64,000 nucleotides of DNA, from positions 31,126,001 to 31,190,000 of the forward strand of contig NC_087437.1 in assembly GCF_036321535.1 (NCBI RefSeq), read 5' to 3'. Each line of letters begins with the position of its first letter. Positions within the stretch are counted from its first letter, which is position 1. Source of the DNA: Camelus dromedarius (taxonomy: Eukaryota). Of this stretch, positions 13,401-26,884 are shown piece by piece. The translations under genes were made by a program, and so were the position numbers. The notes under the pieces were generated by a model that was given only the letters and a program-made list of their open reading frames with translations, did no database searches and was not told where the DNA came from.

Positions 13401-15149
13401 AGACATTCTTTCTGATTTAGGAAGCACTCACATGAGTCTTAAAATTCCTAAATATGCTTTTCTCGTTCTCACAGTAGTTTTTCATATCCTTTTACCTCAC
13501 TTTCTTTCAATTATTTAAGAGCAAAAGAACTTGTTGATTTAATCCAACCAATATTGTGAAAAAATGAATTGAAGTTGCTGTATTCGTTTCATATTCAAAG
13601 TAGGTGACTTGGTAATAATTATGTAATCCCTTAGCTGAGTAATTTGATGGACACGGACAGTGATATGGAGACAGTTATCCACAATTCTCATCACTCAAAA
13701 GTGTTTTCTTTACCTATTTGTGTTATTACTGTGACAATCTTAATGAGCTCTTCAATTTAAAGTTCAGTCTAGCAAATCACTTAAGGGACTGTTTAATCTT
13801 TATCGTGTTTTCATTGGCTGTTTTATAGGGTTACATACTTATAAAGAAATTACATATTGAAAGTTCTGCTCTGAAGACTTCAGGAGCAAATTTCCTGCTG
13901 AAGTCTGGGAAGCTTATGACCACAGTGCTCATTTGTAGGTTGCTTTTAAAATGTGTACCAAGGAGAAGATTTTTTTCCCCCTACAATTAACTGTTAGAGA
14001 AGAATTTGTCCCTAGGATGGAATATAGATGTGTGAATGAAAACCCGTTTGCTGAAGAAAGCGGGGAAAGAAGAGGAAGAAAGTGCTAGATGTCCCATTAT
14101 TAGATCACAGCTATTTAGTAATGCTATCATATAAAAAACAGAGGAAGGAAGACAGGAGGGAAGTGATTTCTAGTTCATGGTCTAGTTATAAATACTGTTA
14201 CAGCATGTAGAAACCTATCAGTAATCATACTTAGAAGTTAATAGTAAACAAGAGTTGCCTGCAACTACGAGATTAGATAAGTAACGTTTCCTAGTCTCTC
14301 TTCTCACCCAAACTCTCACTCCCACACTGGTTAAATGGAAACGTAGATTTGATGTGCATGGGTGGTGAACATATGCAAACAAAGCTAAAAATAGGTAAAA
14401 CTCTTCTGCATTCTGGTAAATACTAATTTACCTTTCAACAAAGACCTACTTACTAGCACTTCTGTTTTGGATCTCAAAATCCAGGGAAGCTAGACCATCA
14501 GACTGGTTCTTCCTCACCTCTATCTGGATGCTTTTGTGTAAGGAGGCCACAGAGTTCCTTGTTTCTTATTCCATAAGAATAAGCCCACTTCCCAACAGTG
14601 CCGGCACCCCTCCTAGCCCTCGGGCTTGGCTTAGAGGACAAGGACCTGGCCAAGACCTTCTACAACAGATCAAAAACAGAAGCCCACATGGGAAGAAGGC
14701 ATAGAATTATTTTTCCTGTCTTTGGGAATGCCCCAGGAGGCAGAAATGCAAGGCTGATTTTTCATTTCAACATGAGACTGTAATGGTTTTCCCTAGTGTT
14801 CAAGAATTTTAATCTGGAACTGTGAATTTTTAAAATAAAATCTAATAATTACTAAAGTTTTATAGACCATTTGGGGAGAATGAAGGGAAGGTAATAATAC
14901 ATAACTACTGAAACACTTTAGTCACCATTCTAAACAAAAAAATCACAATATAAAAGTATTTGATGTTCAGAAAAACACAAAGACTGCAGAGTAAAAATTT
15001 TCTTTTGGGTTTTCCCCTTTTTTTCTGGCTTATTTCCTTTCTGACTTCCTTTCTTTGAGCTAAAAGGCCTCATGAGTTATTACACCTTGGAGAATCATCT
15101 CTTCTAGAGGCTGAAATCTCAATGTTCAACTCTTACCTTCATTCAGAGG

Positions 15150-16075
15150 ATACTAGTTCTGCACTAAATCTGTCAGGCACTGTTTTAGGCACAACTGGGG
15201 GCATGGACAGGAGTGAACAAAACAGATAAGTCTCTTTGCCCTGTGGCACTTCCATGGGTGGCAAAGAGTACAGGAAATTATAATCATCATATTAATTCTA
15301 ACATGGAATATACTGGATAGTGGTAAGTGCCTAGGAGGAAAATGAAATCAGGGAGGAGGGTATGAAAGATGAGGTGAGGGGGCTACAGCTGTCAACTTGA
15401 AGATGCTACCCGAAGAGAGGCCTGAAAGGAGACAGCGAGGAAGCCGCAGAAATCTGGGCACAGAGAACAGCGAGTACAGAGCCCTGAGCTGGAGTGTGAC
15501 TGATGAGGGGAAGGGCCAGCAAGGAGGCAGGTGAGGCTAGAGGGAGAAGGTGATCTGTAAGAAGTATCACCAGGGTGGTGGAGGCGAAGTTGTGTAGACC
15601 CTTGTAGGCCTTCATAAAGATTTTGCTTTCTCCAAGTGAGATGGGAGGGCGTGCGTAGAGAAGTACCTTAGGCTATGGGGCTGAGAATCAAGGAAGGATC
15701 GGTAAGTGCAAAAGCAGGGACCGCAGTTAGAGCTCCTGCTGTAACCCAGGTGAAGGATGCACTGGCCTGGGCCGGGGGAGCACAGTGGAGGTGGGGAGGG
15801 GGTCAGACTCTGGATCGCTGTTGAAGAAAGAGAAAGAACTGGGAGAATTTGCTGATTGGATAGATGTGAGGAATGAGCAAAAGAGAGGCCTCAAGGATGA
15901 CTCTAGGGGTTTCCAGCCTGAGAAGGTGGAAGGATAGCTTTGTGTCTTCTTGAGAAAGGAAGAATGTAGGAGAGGTGGTGCTGGGGAAGAGCAAGGGCTG
16001 AGGTTGGACTCGTAACGTCGGAAAAGTCCATTAGACGTCCAAGTGGAGATGTCGAGTGTGCCGCTGGGGATGTAA
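15150..16075 (-). mobile_element. LINE-2 fragment
   Basis: caggcactgttttaggcac..tcaaggatgactctaggggtttccagcctgag..ttagacgtccaagtggagatgtc. Confidence 0.7.
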
Positions 16076-16804
16076 TTCTGTTGATTTCCTCGTTTGTAAG
16101 TTCATGTGACTATTGCCATGTCAGCAGAGAGTCAGTACGGCAAACTGAGTTCCAACGTCTGTCCCCAGGTAGCCAGGCTTGTTCACTAAGCATGTCCCTC
16201 TGACCCAGCAGCCGTGAGTGTGGGATTCCCAGTCATGTCTCTGAAAATCCCTCTTGCTGGGAAAGCATGGCTGCTCAATTCATGGATGTTCTCTGTGCTC
16301 AGGTTCGTGATTGTCATCTGCCTCCTTTAATCAGGCTCCTTCACAGGCCTGCCTCGAGCACCCAGAGCCCTGCTGTGTTCATGGTAGGGTCCCCAGCTGT
16401 AGCTCTGTGTCCTTCTCCTGGTCTCGAATGCTCAGCTCAATCTTTATGTCCTGTCTGTTGTCTCATGTCGCTCTAATAAGTGGTACCTGATAAGGTGGCC
16501 CAGCCTTGGCCTTCCTTCCCATTTCTGACTTGCTCTTCTCCCTCAACTCAGTCCGTATGAGCTTCCCTGGGCGGTGGCCTCACCCGTGGCTGGTGGCCCC
16601 CATGTGTTTGGCATGTGTGAGGAATCTGTCTGGAGCCTGTGAAAAGCAGTGAGGCTGTGGCAGGTGCCTACTGTGACAGATACTAAAGAATCGTAATGCA
16701 ATGTCTTTGACTTCTCTGCTTTTGAATGACAGATTCCTGCAAAGCAGGGATCATGGTCAGCCTGGTGCAGAAAAGCAGAGGAGGTGGGTATGGGGATTGT
16801 TCAG

Positions 16805-17520
16805 GATCAGAGTTTCTGAAAGGGTGGTCCTTGGATTCTCTGCAAGATGATTGTTTGTCAAAAACAGAAACTGCTGGATCCTGTCTACTGAAGCATCTCT
16901 GGAGGTGGGGCCAGAATCTCTAGAGTTGTTTGTTTAATTACGGCCCGAGAGGCAGACATGCTCTAAAGTTTTAGGACTACTAGTCTAGGGCAGTGGTTCC
17001 TAAGCCACTCTCTCAGGATGGTTAAAGTGCAGACTGGTGAACTTCATCCCAGACACCCTGCATCAGACGCGGGTGGGGCCTGAGACTCTGCATTAAAACA
17101 ATAATAACAATAAAGAACAATAACGGTACCGAAACCAACAGCACTGCCCAAGTGCTTCTGACGATCAGCCACTTTGGAAATGTCAAGCATTCCAGATGCC
17201 AAGTCCTTTCCAGCTCGTCTGGAAAAGATCCTCTGTGCTGGAAAACCTTCTCACTCGGTAAGGGAGCAGCGGCTCTGGGCCCTGGCCGCCAGCCTGCTCC
17301 TGCCAAGTTCTACCTCGGAACGTATTGCTCAGCGGGCCTGCCGGCTTTGCGCCCTGAAGTTCAGGCTCCCAAACCCGGCTGTGTCACCTGCAGGAGATTT
17401 GGAAGAACACAGATTTGGAAGCTTCAGCTCAGACCTACTGAACTGGGGTCTTTGGGAGTGGAGTCCAGAAACCTCTATTTTTCAGAAGCACCCGGAACAC
17501 TGCAAGTCTGAGTGGGAGTC
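16805..17520. mobile_element. Cluster of MER5-like hAT DNA transposon fossils
   Basis: Three degenerate copies of the (cct)actgaa..ggtggggcc..ctgcatt motif, and a cagtggttcctaa terminus at 16991. Confidence 0.6.
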
Positions 17521-18531
17521 CTGAGTCCCGTGGTGGGACCTTCTAAGGTGCCAGGGCCGTAACAGCCCTTTAGGTGCTCTGGGAACTGCCAGGTGGATCC
17601 AAATGCAAATGCGCGTGCACATGGCACATTTCCCGATCACATCCCGCCTGACACGTGGTGCTGCCTTTTACCCAAGCTCCTCTCCAGGAAAAGAAGTTCC
17701 AGACTTCTCAGTCTCTTACCTCAGCTCCCAGCACCTTTCAGCCTGTTCACTGCTGCCGCCGCCTCCCTCCCACACGGCCACTCCAGGGCTCGGTCACTGC
17801 CATGTCTGGTGACTGAAACGAATTATTTCCCAGAATTACATGTCTGCTCTAGGATAGTAGGATTCTAACTTCTGTAATAAGACATACATGGTTTCTCAGC
17901 TGTTTTCAACATGCTAAATTTACTAAGCACAGCAAAACTCCTCGCCAGTTCCCTAACTGGGGCAAAGACAGAAGTCGGAAAGATAGAAGTGGGACCAGTA
18001 AAAGGCTGAGTTAAAAGAACATTCTGACAGAATTGCAGTGCTGTTGTTCTCGAGGGCAGGTGATGACCTGGGGCAGAGGCAGGCTTTTTGTAAAGAGAGC
18101 CTATAGACAACTACTTGCTGTCAGTACAAGTGATGTTTGAACAGGAAGCCTAGAAAAGAGCAGCTTATTGGTTTTGTCTCTACACTGGACTAATCGCTTT
18201 CTTTGGATTATGTCCAATAATTTATTTTCGTGGATGATAGCAAGGCAAACCTCAGCTCATGGTGGCCAGAATTATCGCAGATTTTGAATCTAAAAAGTCT
18301 AAATAAGTGAGGTTTATTAAATGCATAAAAATGATCATTTAACTCTGAGTTATTATACTTAGAAAAAACAAAACTTTTCAAAGTAGTTTTTTTTAACATA
18401 AGTAATTCATGTGGATTATAGAGTAATTAGAAATTGCAAGAAATGTAAAGAAGAGAATAAAAGTTGCCCATATTTTTACCACCCAGAATATGACTGTTAA
18501 TATTTTGGGAAACAGTATTCTAGATTTTTTA

Positions 18532-18551
18532 TACACACACACACACACACA
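18532..18551. repeat. (CA)n microsatellite
   Basis: Direct reading. Confidence 0.9.
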
Positions 18552-18649
18552 AAATACATATTGTTATGTAACGTGTAAAAGCAGTGATTTTGGAGGCTGG
18601 AAATTGTTTGCATCTAGCTCTGCCTGTGATGCTTTACCTACCCTCCCTA

Positions 18650-18960
18650 AGTGACTTGTTTTCTTCTCATCATTCAATGTCTCAGATCAAATGTCACCTC
18701 CTCAGAGAGGCCTTCCCTGACTACTTAGTCTAAAGCCGCACCCCATTCTCCGATTATTCCCCATCCCATTACCTCCTATGTCACCTTCTTTATAGTTTAT
18801 ACTTGTTTCCTGTCTGTCTTCCCCACTATAGTGTGGGCACCATCAGAGCCAGGGCTCTTTATGTCCTATTCGACCATGTCCCCATTTCCTGGTGCAAACC
18901 CAGAGTAGGAGTTTTTGTATTTGTAGAATAAATGAAGAAATGACTGAGTGAATGAATGAG
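18650..18960 (+). mobile_element. LINE-2 3' end
   Basis: caaatgtcacctcctcagagaggccttccctgact..gaatgaatga tail. Confidence 0.75.
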
Positions 18961-20871
18961 ATGCTTGGCCTGGGAGGGTGGAGGCCAGAGGTACAGCTGA
19001 GAAGGTGAGCTGAGCATCTGGGCAGATAAACATGGGCATGGAGTGCTACAGGCACTTCTGAGTACGGCCCATCACTTGTAATAGGCCCAGAGGGATCCTG
19101 AAAGACCTACCTGGCCCCTAACAAATGGCAAATAGCAAAATCTAAAAAAATTTGGTCTCAGACCCCAATTGAGGATTTGGTAGAATTCAAATGCCTCTAC
19201 AATTACCTTAGAGATTTTAGATTTATAACCTCATCTTTAGTTACAGTTTTGCCTCTTTTAGATTAATTGTTTAGACTGAAGATTGTTGGTTACTCATCAA
19301 TTTCTAGTAAACTCCAGAAACACATGGGTAATTTTTCCAAATGGTATTGTTTTTTGTGTCTTTGACTCGGCTCACTGGCACATCCCTGGCTGTAATCTAA
19401 AATTTTGAAAAGTGAACAATATGTTGCAATCTGAAATTATGCATGAATGCTCAGGCTATAAACTAGCTAGCTGACAACGAAGTTACTGTGAAAAATGTCT
19501 ACAGTAATACTTTGCTTTCACCTCACGTAAGACCTTGACTTGAGACAGGTAGTAAATGAATGAAAGCTTCCATAGTTTTAACACTTTTGGGGGAAAAAAA
19601 GAGCAGAGTCATTACTCCCATTTCACAGATAAGATAATTGAGAACCAGCTACTTTAATTGAATATTGTTGTGGGAATTGTAATAAACTAGAGGGTTTTAT
19701 CCAATATTCAGTTCTCCCTAGCAGTCAAGTACACTGGGCTGCATGTGAAGTACATAAGGGATTGATTCCCAGACAGGTGGCCATTCCACTCCTTTCCTGG
19801 GTGTTTTATGGTTACTGGGGAATCACTTTCTTTTACTGCCTTTTCTTTCAAGTTTAATGTAAAGATAAAAAGATGAACTGAAAGGCAGTAGTTTGTACTT
19901 CTGAATGACTATTAAGGACCTCAGTCTTGCTGCTCTTGTGATCTGGAGCTGCTTGGCAGTCAGTTAGCAGAGCTGGTTATCCTTGTCCCAATCCTCTCCC
20001 ATCCCAAGCTGCTCTCCTCCCCACCTCACCTAGCTTTCCTTCCCCAACCACCATTCCTCTGGGGCGGTGGGCCCCTTATGCTTGTTGAAATGCCCACTCT
20101 ATCCCCAGCTCCTGGGCGGGCCTCTGGAATGCTCTCCCACAGGCCTTTGCCGTCCTCAGGGAAGCCTCACTCAGCACCTGGTCTAAGGAGGCTTTTTGCC
20201 CTTACTCTCAATCACATCCCCCTATGGATTCCTTTCATGACATTTATCATAATCGGTGTCTTGTTTTTTCACTTGTTCATTTATTATCAGTCTCCCCCAT
20301 GAGATACAGGTTCCATAAAAGCAAAGACTGTCTTGGTCGGATTTATATCCTCTGCCCTCCAAACCAACGAGGACTTGTGTCTGTCCACTCGTGTTGGGTA
20401 TTTGTTTAGGAAGGCAATAAAAATGCCTTTGAAGGGCTAGGATAAAAACAAAGCTTCATGAGCCAGAGGTACTTTTTAAACTCTAAGAGCTGCAGAAAAA
20501 ATGTATTGGGGGGAGTGGGTGGGAAGAAAGGAGAATGAGAAACATACATGCTAATGAGGTCATTTATAACTTTAGTGAGTAATAGTGGACATAGTTCATT
20601 GTCTGAAGTATTGCCTACAATAGACATGTTTTGTGGCTTCATGGTTCTCTGAAATATATTTGCCTAGCTTTGGATTTAACATAAGCCTTGGGGTTAAGGA
20701 GTAACAGTCCAGCTGAGGAAAGGCAGTTTCATTCGTAAAACAGTTTGATGTTTCTAAGAGCTCCTTTATCCTTCTATTCTCCTCCATCCTCCTAGGCTCC
20801 TTGATCCCTCTCCTTTTTGAATTTCCTGCCTCTTTTCTCCCCTTCCTTCCTTCCTTCCTTCCATCCATCCT

Positions 20872-21179
20872 TTTCTTCTTGCCTTTTCCAGCTTCTGGAG
20901 GCCAACTCTATTCCTGGGCTCCTGATTCCTTCATCCTCAAAACACATCACTACAACCTCTGATTTGTCTTCAAATCTCCTTTTTCTCATTTCGGTTCTCC
21001 TGCCTCCCTCCTGTGAGGACTGCGGTGATAATATTGGGCCCATCTAGATAATCCAGGATCATTTCCCATCTCAGGATCCCTAGCTTGATCATGTCTACAA
21101 AGTTCCAATTGCCATGGAAGGGAACATATTCTGGGGAGTAGGATGTGGATGTCTTCGGGGACCACTATTTTGTCTACCA
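20872..21179 (-). mobile_element. MaLR (MLT1-type) LTR, partial
   Basis: ttttccagcttctggaggcc..attgggcccatctagataatccaggat..gatgtggatgtcttcgggg. Confidence 0.75.
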
Positions 21180-21471
21180 AAGTGGATAGTAACTTTCTCT
21201 GTTCTTCTGATTCCCCACCTCCAGACTTCCATTTCCCCAGGTCCTTTGACATTTGTGCAAGCTCTGATTCCTAGGATAACTCCATGGTCCCCTAATACTT
21301 TCAGTGGCTCTGATTTCCTGACTGAACCTTGCTTGGTATACTCCCAATATCAATGTCACCATGTGTTTTTTCTTGGGTGAGTCAGATTCCCCACAAATTA
21401 TTCTTTAATTTCCAGCCTGGAGAGTAAATACTTGGCTGTCAAAGGTCTGGGAGTCAAGAAGGTGAAAATGG

Positions 21472-21625
21472 GGGAGGGGGAGGGTATTGGCTCAGTGGTT
21501 TAAAGCAAATGCTTAGCATGCGCAAGGTCCTGGGTTCAATCCCCAGTACCTCCATTAAAATAACTATATAAATAAACATAGTTACCTCCTCCCTCTCAAA
21601 CAAACAAACGAAAAACAGCAAACAG
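21472..21625 (+). mobile_element. tRNA-derived SINE (camelid vic-1-like)
   Basis: A box tggctcagtgg, B box ggttcaatcc, A-rich tail, and exact 14-bp TSD gaaggtgaaaatgg at 21458-21471 and 21626-21639. Confidence 0.9.
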
Positions 21626-21644
21626 GAAGGTGAAAATGGTAGCG

Positions 21645-21692
21645 GGATCTTCGCTGGTCGGGATCTTCGCTGGTCGTGATCTTCGCTGGTCG
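21645..21692. repeat. 3 x 16-bp tandem repeat (g/t)gatcttcgctggtcg
   Basis: Units at 21645, 21661 and 21677, with one mismatch in total. Confidence 0.95.
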
Positions 21693-22164
21693 TATCCATT
21701 CACTGACTTTGTTTTGTTACTTCCAGTTTGGCTCTCCCTCACTCACCTGCTGTGGGAGTCCCCAGTACAGAGGTCCTATGCCTTTCTGTCTTCAGAGCAG
21801 AGCTCCCGCCTCCAGCAGTGAGTAGGGGGAGGAGCAGTGTCTCAGGGGCGGGGAGGGGGGCACTCTAGGGACCTAGCTGCTTCTAGAAGAGCCTTTATCA
21901 GATCCTGGGTTGGTTAGCCGCCCCTAGCCCTCTCACTCCATTTCCTGCAGGGCCTGTTGCTACCAGTTCCCAAATCTTCTGTTAATTCTGTGATTAAATA
22001 AGGTTGCTTCTCAACTTTCCTTAATGCACTCTTGGAATTTGGCTTCTGGAGTCAGCTAAGACAGCTATCTCATATCCATCTGCTTGACCGCTTCCAACAT
22101 TTTATTGATGTTATCCATTGTTTTTCTTCCTTTTTCTGCAAGTCTACTTTTTAAAAATTAGGCT

Positions 22165-22400
22165 TATTATTTTTAGATAATTCTAGATTCACATGAAACT
22201 AGAAGAAATAATTCAGAGAAGTCCCATGTGCCCTTCATCCAGCTTTCCCTAACTGTAACATCTTGCATAAACAATACAATATCAGAATCAGGAAATTGAC
22301 TTTAATATAATCCACTGGCCTTATTCAGATTTCACCAGTTTTAGCTTCACTTGTGAGAGTGAGTGTGTGTGTTTAGTTTTATGCTTTTTTATAATATGTG
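22165..22400 (-). mobile_element. Ancient LINE-1 (L1M-type) 3' fragment
   Basis: tagattcacatg..gtaacatcttgcataa..ttattcagatttcaccagtttt, similar to 59570-59780. Confidence 0.7.
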
Positions 22401-23589
22401 TTTTATATTTTTAAGGAAAAAGCCCTCTTACAGTTCAGTGGAGTTTTGGAAGAAGCAGAATTAGATGCTATGTCCCATGTGCCATCCTTCTATGAAAGTT
22501 AAATGACAGAAAACATAACAGAGAGTATTCTGAACTTGTGAACAAGAGCAGAACATGGTCAAATTTTATCTTCTGGACAGCCTTGTTCACAGATGGAAAG
22601 GTCAGCTAACAAAACTCTTTGTTTAGCTCACTGAGTTGTAAATATTCCTTTTTTCCCCACCAGCTCAGAGAAAAGCATTTTGCAACACAAAACTGAATAA
22701 ACAGACTTTCTAGGATCATGATTTTGTGTCCTTTCTGTGGTAGGTCCTTGTCCATACTGAATTATAACTGTTGAGTTATATTAATTAAGCTTGGACAAGA
22801 AACGATTTATAGTATTTTTTAAAATCTCACATCCTCTTCTAGAAGAAGAATATTATATTTTCTGATTTCTGCATGGATAAAGACTTAATAACCCAGTAGG
22901 ATGGAGGAATAGAGAGATCGTGGGGACCTATCCTTGGATATGTAGCTGTACCCGAATCCCCAAAAATCAGGCTTAGTAGTTGGGCATTCAGACGATTAAA
23001 TTATCTCTGTGAGCTACTTGGATTTAATCTAAGACAGTCATGGAAAATTTGCAGAGTGTGTTTATACTCAAAATCAGGAAATAGGAGTGGAGGCTGTCTG
23101 AGACCATCAAAACCAAGCAACTTATTATAAATTAAAAGTCAACATAGGCAGTAAAAGAGATGCAACATTCTACGTTTAGTCATATATGTATGTTGTGTCC
23201 GAATGTATATAGGTGAGAAAAATAAATATACAACTTTTTCCTCTTTTCTTTTTGGTCTTTTCTGGGCAGTTGCTCCTGGGTGTCATTGACTGAGTTTGAT
23301 GAGGAACAGGCGGGGGAGATGATGAATGTAGTGGGCATTGATGAGCAGAACGACACCAAGAGAAGATTTTTCTTTTTCCTTCACTGTCTTGTTTCATCCT
23401 ATCTGTGATGCTGATCTAGGGGGTGAGAACTGCATTGTTGAAGGACTCAAAGTGAAACCAAGACGGTTTAAAAGAATTTATGGAAATTCCAAGAGGCCAA
23501 TTACTACATTAAGTCAGGATTCAATTCATTCTTCTTTTTCTTAACCCTATTTAATGAAACGGTAAGCTCAAGTTAGAAGGAGCTCGTTC

Positions 23590-23970
23590 AGTTATCTGTA
23601 GCTGCAGAAGAAACTGTTTCAAAATTTACTAGCTTAAAAGAACAATCATTTATTATTGCTCACAAGTCTGTGGTTTACCAGGAGAAAAACAAGTGATCTT
23701 GACCAGCTCAGCTGATCTTGGCTGTCCTGGGTCATGCATCTCTGGTCACCTGGCAGATTGGCTGGGACTGGCTCGTTTAGGAAGGCTCTCTTCCATGTGA
23801 TTGCTCATCCTCCTGAAAGCTAGCTTGCACTTGCTCACATGGCGGTTGCAGGGATCTGAGATGGTGAGCAAAGTGTGAAAAGCCTCATGAGGGCTAGGCT
23901 TGGAGCTCACGCATCATCACTTCCGTTGAATTCTATTGGCTAAAGTAACTCACAAAGCCAATTTATCCTT
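23590..23970 (-). mobile_element. Old MaLR (MLT1-type) LTR
   Basis: agcttaaaagaacaatcatttattattgctcac..catcacttccgttgaattctattggctaaagtaactcacaaagcc. Confidence 0.65.
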
Positions 23971-25234
23971 AGGGCTGAATTCGATGGCAAAGAGAAAAAT
24001 ACTAACACGGAATCACAATTAATATCTTCCTGTAATATTTTCTGCATCTAGCAGGCATTCTTTTTTTTTTAATACTCCCAGGCAAACTCGTACTCATCCT
24101 TCAAATCCTAGTTCAAGTATCACTTCCTGTGGGAAACCTCCTCTGGCCCTCCCCTAGTGAAGGGGACCACAGCCTCCTTGTGTCACCGCTGAACTCTATT
24201 GCAGTTGAATTGTCTGCTGACACTTCTCGGTGCCTTGAGGACAGAGACTATTTTCTAGCCATCTTTATGTCTCCTGTGCCTAGCACGGCACTTGGCCTGA
24301 CAAATAATTTCCGGTGAAATGAGGTAATGGTCATTTCTCAGTCCTTTTACTTCCCCCACCCACATTGTCTTGACACTGTTGTCTTGGGGAAAACTCTTTT
24401 TCCCCTTCTTAATGTGTCTGCCTTGAATGTCTTCACAAAATTGCACTATTTGACGATTTGTAATCAGTGGAATAAGGATACTCTAATCCTCTGTGTTTAG
24501 CAGTTAGAGTTTTGAGCATGTGTGAAGTTGACTAATTGTACTGTAGCATTTCTATGTTAATTTTTTTGCTGGGGGGGGGATTCCCTTCTTTATCCTTTTT
24601 ATTGTTCATTTGTGAGTGCCCTGGTTCTTAGCATTTTCCACCACAGAAATGTTTACAATCAAATGTTCAGAACTCCCTGGCAGTTGTGCAAGACTCAGCT
24701 CTTAAAAGTACATTGCTTTAACTGGCTATTTGGTGCCACGGGAAGCTGTTATATAGTTCTGCGGCCTATAATGACGTTTCTCCTTTGTAACAAGCCCCTG
24801 TGTTGCTCAGTGTTTGCCTCATATTACGTGTTATTGCTTAAGGGTATAAGTGCTGTAAAATGAGTACTGTAGTTAAGACTTCTGGGGTTGAGAGGATCAA
24901 AGGTAATATCTGGTTCAATATAATCATATTTTACAGACATGACAGTGGAGACCCACAGAGGTAAAGTGACACACTCAAAGTTACACAATGACTTCAGGGC
25001 TTTAGGAACAGGGTTTGTGCAGTTGGAATGATTCAGAAATGTTCTAGAGAAACAAGCTGCCCAGCTAGTTGGCTCTATTCTTCTAGTTAAACCAGGTGTA
25101 GTCCCACATGATAAAAGTTCTCCCTTAACAGAGGTTCCTCCTCTTTGAAAATGCATAGTTTACCTCCTGGGGGGCCAAGTGTGGAAGGCAACACCTCTCT
25201 GACTGGACAAGGCATCCGTGTACCTATCTGAGGT

Positions 25235-25360
25235 ACCCATGTGCTAAATGCAGATTATTGGACACCTTCCCAGACCTCCTGAGTTCCTGGGAATTCGGGA
25301 AAGAAATGTGCATTGTTAGCAAGGGCCCAGGTGATTCTGAGGTACTTTGAAGTCTGAGAA
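25235..25360. mobile_element. MER5-like DNA transposon fragment
   Basis: aaatgcagattattgg..gcccaggtgattctga..aagtctgagaa. Confidence 0.6.
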
Positions 25361-26822
25361 TAAATGAATGTAATATATTGTCATGGTAAGCGCTATGGAG
25401 TGAGGGTGATGGAAGGCGTGCTATTTGAATGGGTAAGTTAGTGGAGATGTCTTGGACCAGAGACCGGGAAAGGTAAGAAGTAGCTGGCATGCAGAGATCT
25501 ATGGTAAGGGGGAGTAAGTAAGAGTCAATGCTGAAGACCTACCCAGGAATGAGCCTTGCAAGTCCAAGGAGAAAGAAGCCCTTGCTGAAAACAGTTCTGG
25601 TGATTTCCTACCAATCGTAGAGTAACATCCAGACTCCTTACCATACTCTGTAAGACCTTGAATGATCTGGACTCTGTCCATTGGCAGGAACTAGCTCCAT
25701 GGCCACACATGGTTGTGGGGCTGGTAAGAGAGGCTGGGAAAGGAAATCTCTAGGTCATCCAGCATCTCTCGGCACTGGCTCCATGCTGTGGAGTGGGGAT
25801 CACACACTTTTGGGGAAATCAGCTTTAATAAGGTCTCAGTAGGATGAGCTGAATATTGACTGCTGGACTCAGCAAGATGAAGATCATTAATGACTTTGAT
25901 GAAAACTGACTGAAGCCAGGGGAAGCTTTGATCAGAGTGATGAGTAACTTTTAGAGGATTTCTGTTGTAACTGAGTGAACAGCATGATGGCTGGAGGGAC
26001 GTGGGGTCTGGGAGATCTTTTTTTTTCAAGTTGGAGTTTGTATAGTGTCTTTGAATACTGTCAGGAATGATCCAGGTTGGAGGCAGAAACAGACAGCATA
26101 GGAGAGAGGCAACCTCAAAAGCCTTGAGAAGGGAGGAGTGGTAGGACTCGTACACCAGGGAGTGGTTGGCCCTCGACTGCAACAGGGACAGCTCTCCTTT
26201 TTAATAAGGAGGAAAGCAAGTTCAAAGGGTTTGTAAGTGCCGAAGTCGCGATCCAAATCAGTCCTGTCTCAAATCCTATTTGATAAATTTGCCCAAAGCC
26301 AGCTTTTGTTCCAGCAAAGGGGATTTCGTGACTTTTCTCCTCTTCCTTCTTTTCCTCCTCCTCTTCCTATTGTGCACCATGTGGTCCTTTGCTCCCAGAT
26401 CCCATAGTGCCAGCTAATACCATTTATTCATTCAACAAGCTTTCTGTGCACCCTCTCTGTGAAATGTGCTGTTCCCAAGTGTATGGTGTGGCATCTGGAT
26501 GAGAGGAGCTTACTATCAGTAAGAAGTCATTCTCTTTTTCACCCCTGGATGGAGTAGCTGTCAGCATTCCCAGGAGAGCTGATGGTTTTGACTATCTGGC
26601 CACATTCCTGAGTCTGAACCTGGGAGGAGCATTCTCTGCCATGAATGGGTGGACTCAGGGCATGAGGTAAGAAGAGAATTTCTGCCCTCTCCACTAGATG
26701 AGCCAAAACACCCCAAGGATGAGTGGGTGACAGATGTCACACCTCTCTCAACACCCAAGCCATCTTCAGATCAATGCCTCATATAACTTAGCTGGAATGT
26801 TCCTTTAAGAACTAGTTATCTT

Positions 26823-26884
26823 TTTCTTTCTTTTTCTGGCTTACTTCACTTAGAATGACTATAACTCAAAAAGAAAAAAAAAAA
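26823..26884 (+). mobile_element. Micro LINE-1 insertion (inverted fragment, terminal bases, poly-A)
   Basis: Antisense ttctggcttacttcacttagaatgac, then tataactc plus an A-tail. TSD aagaac(t/c)agttatctt at 26807-26822 and 26885-26900. Confidence 0.85.

Noticed and set aside
21480..21555. tRNA gene
   Set aside because: A and B boxes are present, but the A-rich tail and TSD show that it is a SINE.
21645..21692. CRISPR-like array
   Set aside because: Head-to-tail units with no spacers, in eukaryotic DNA.
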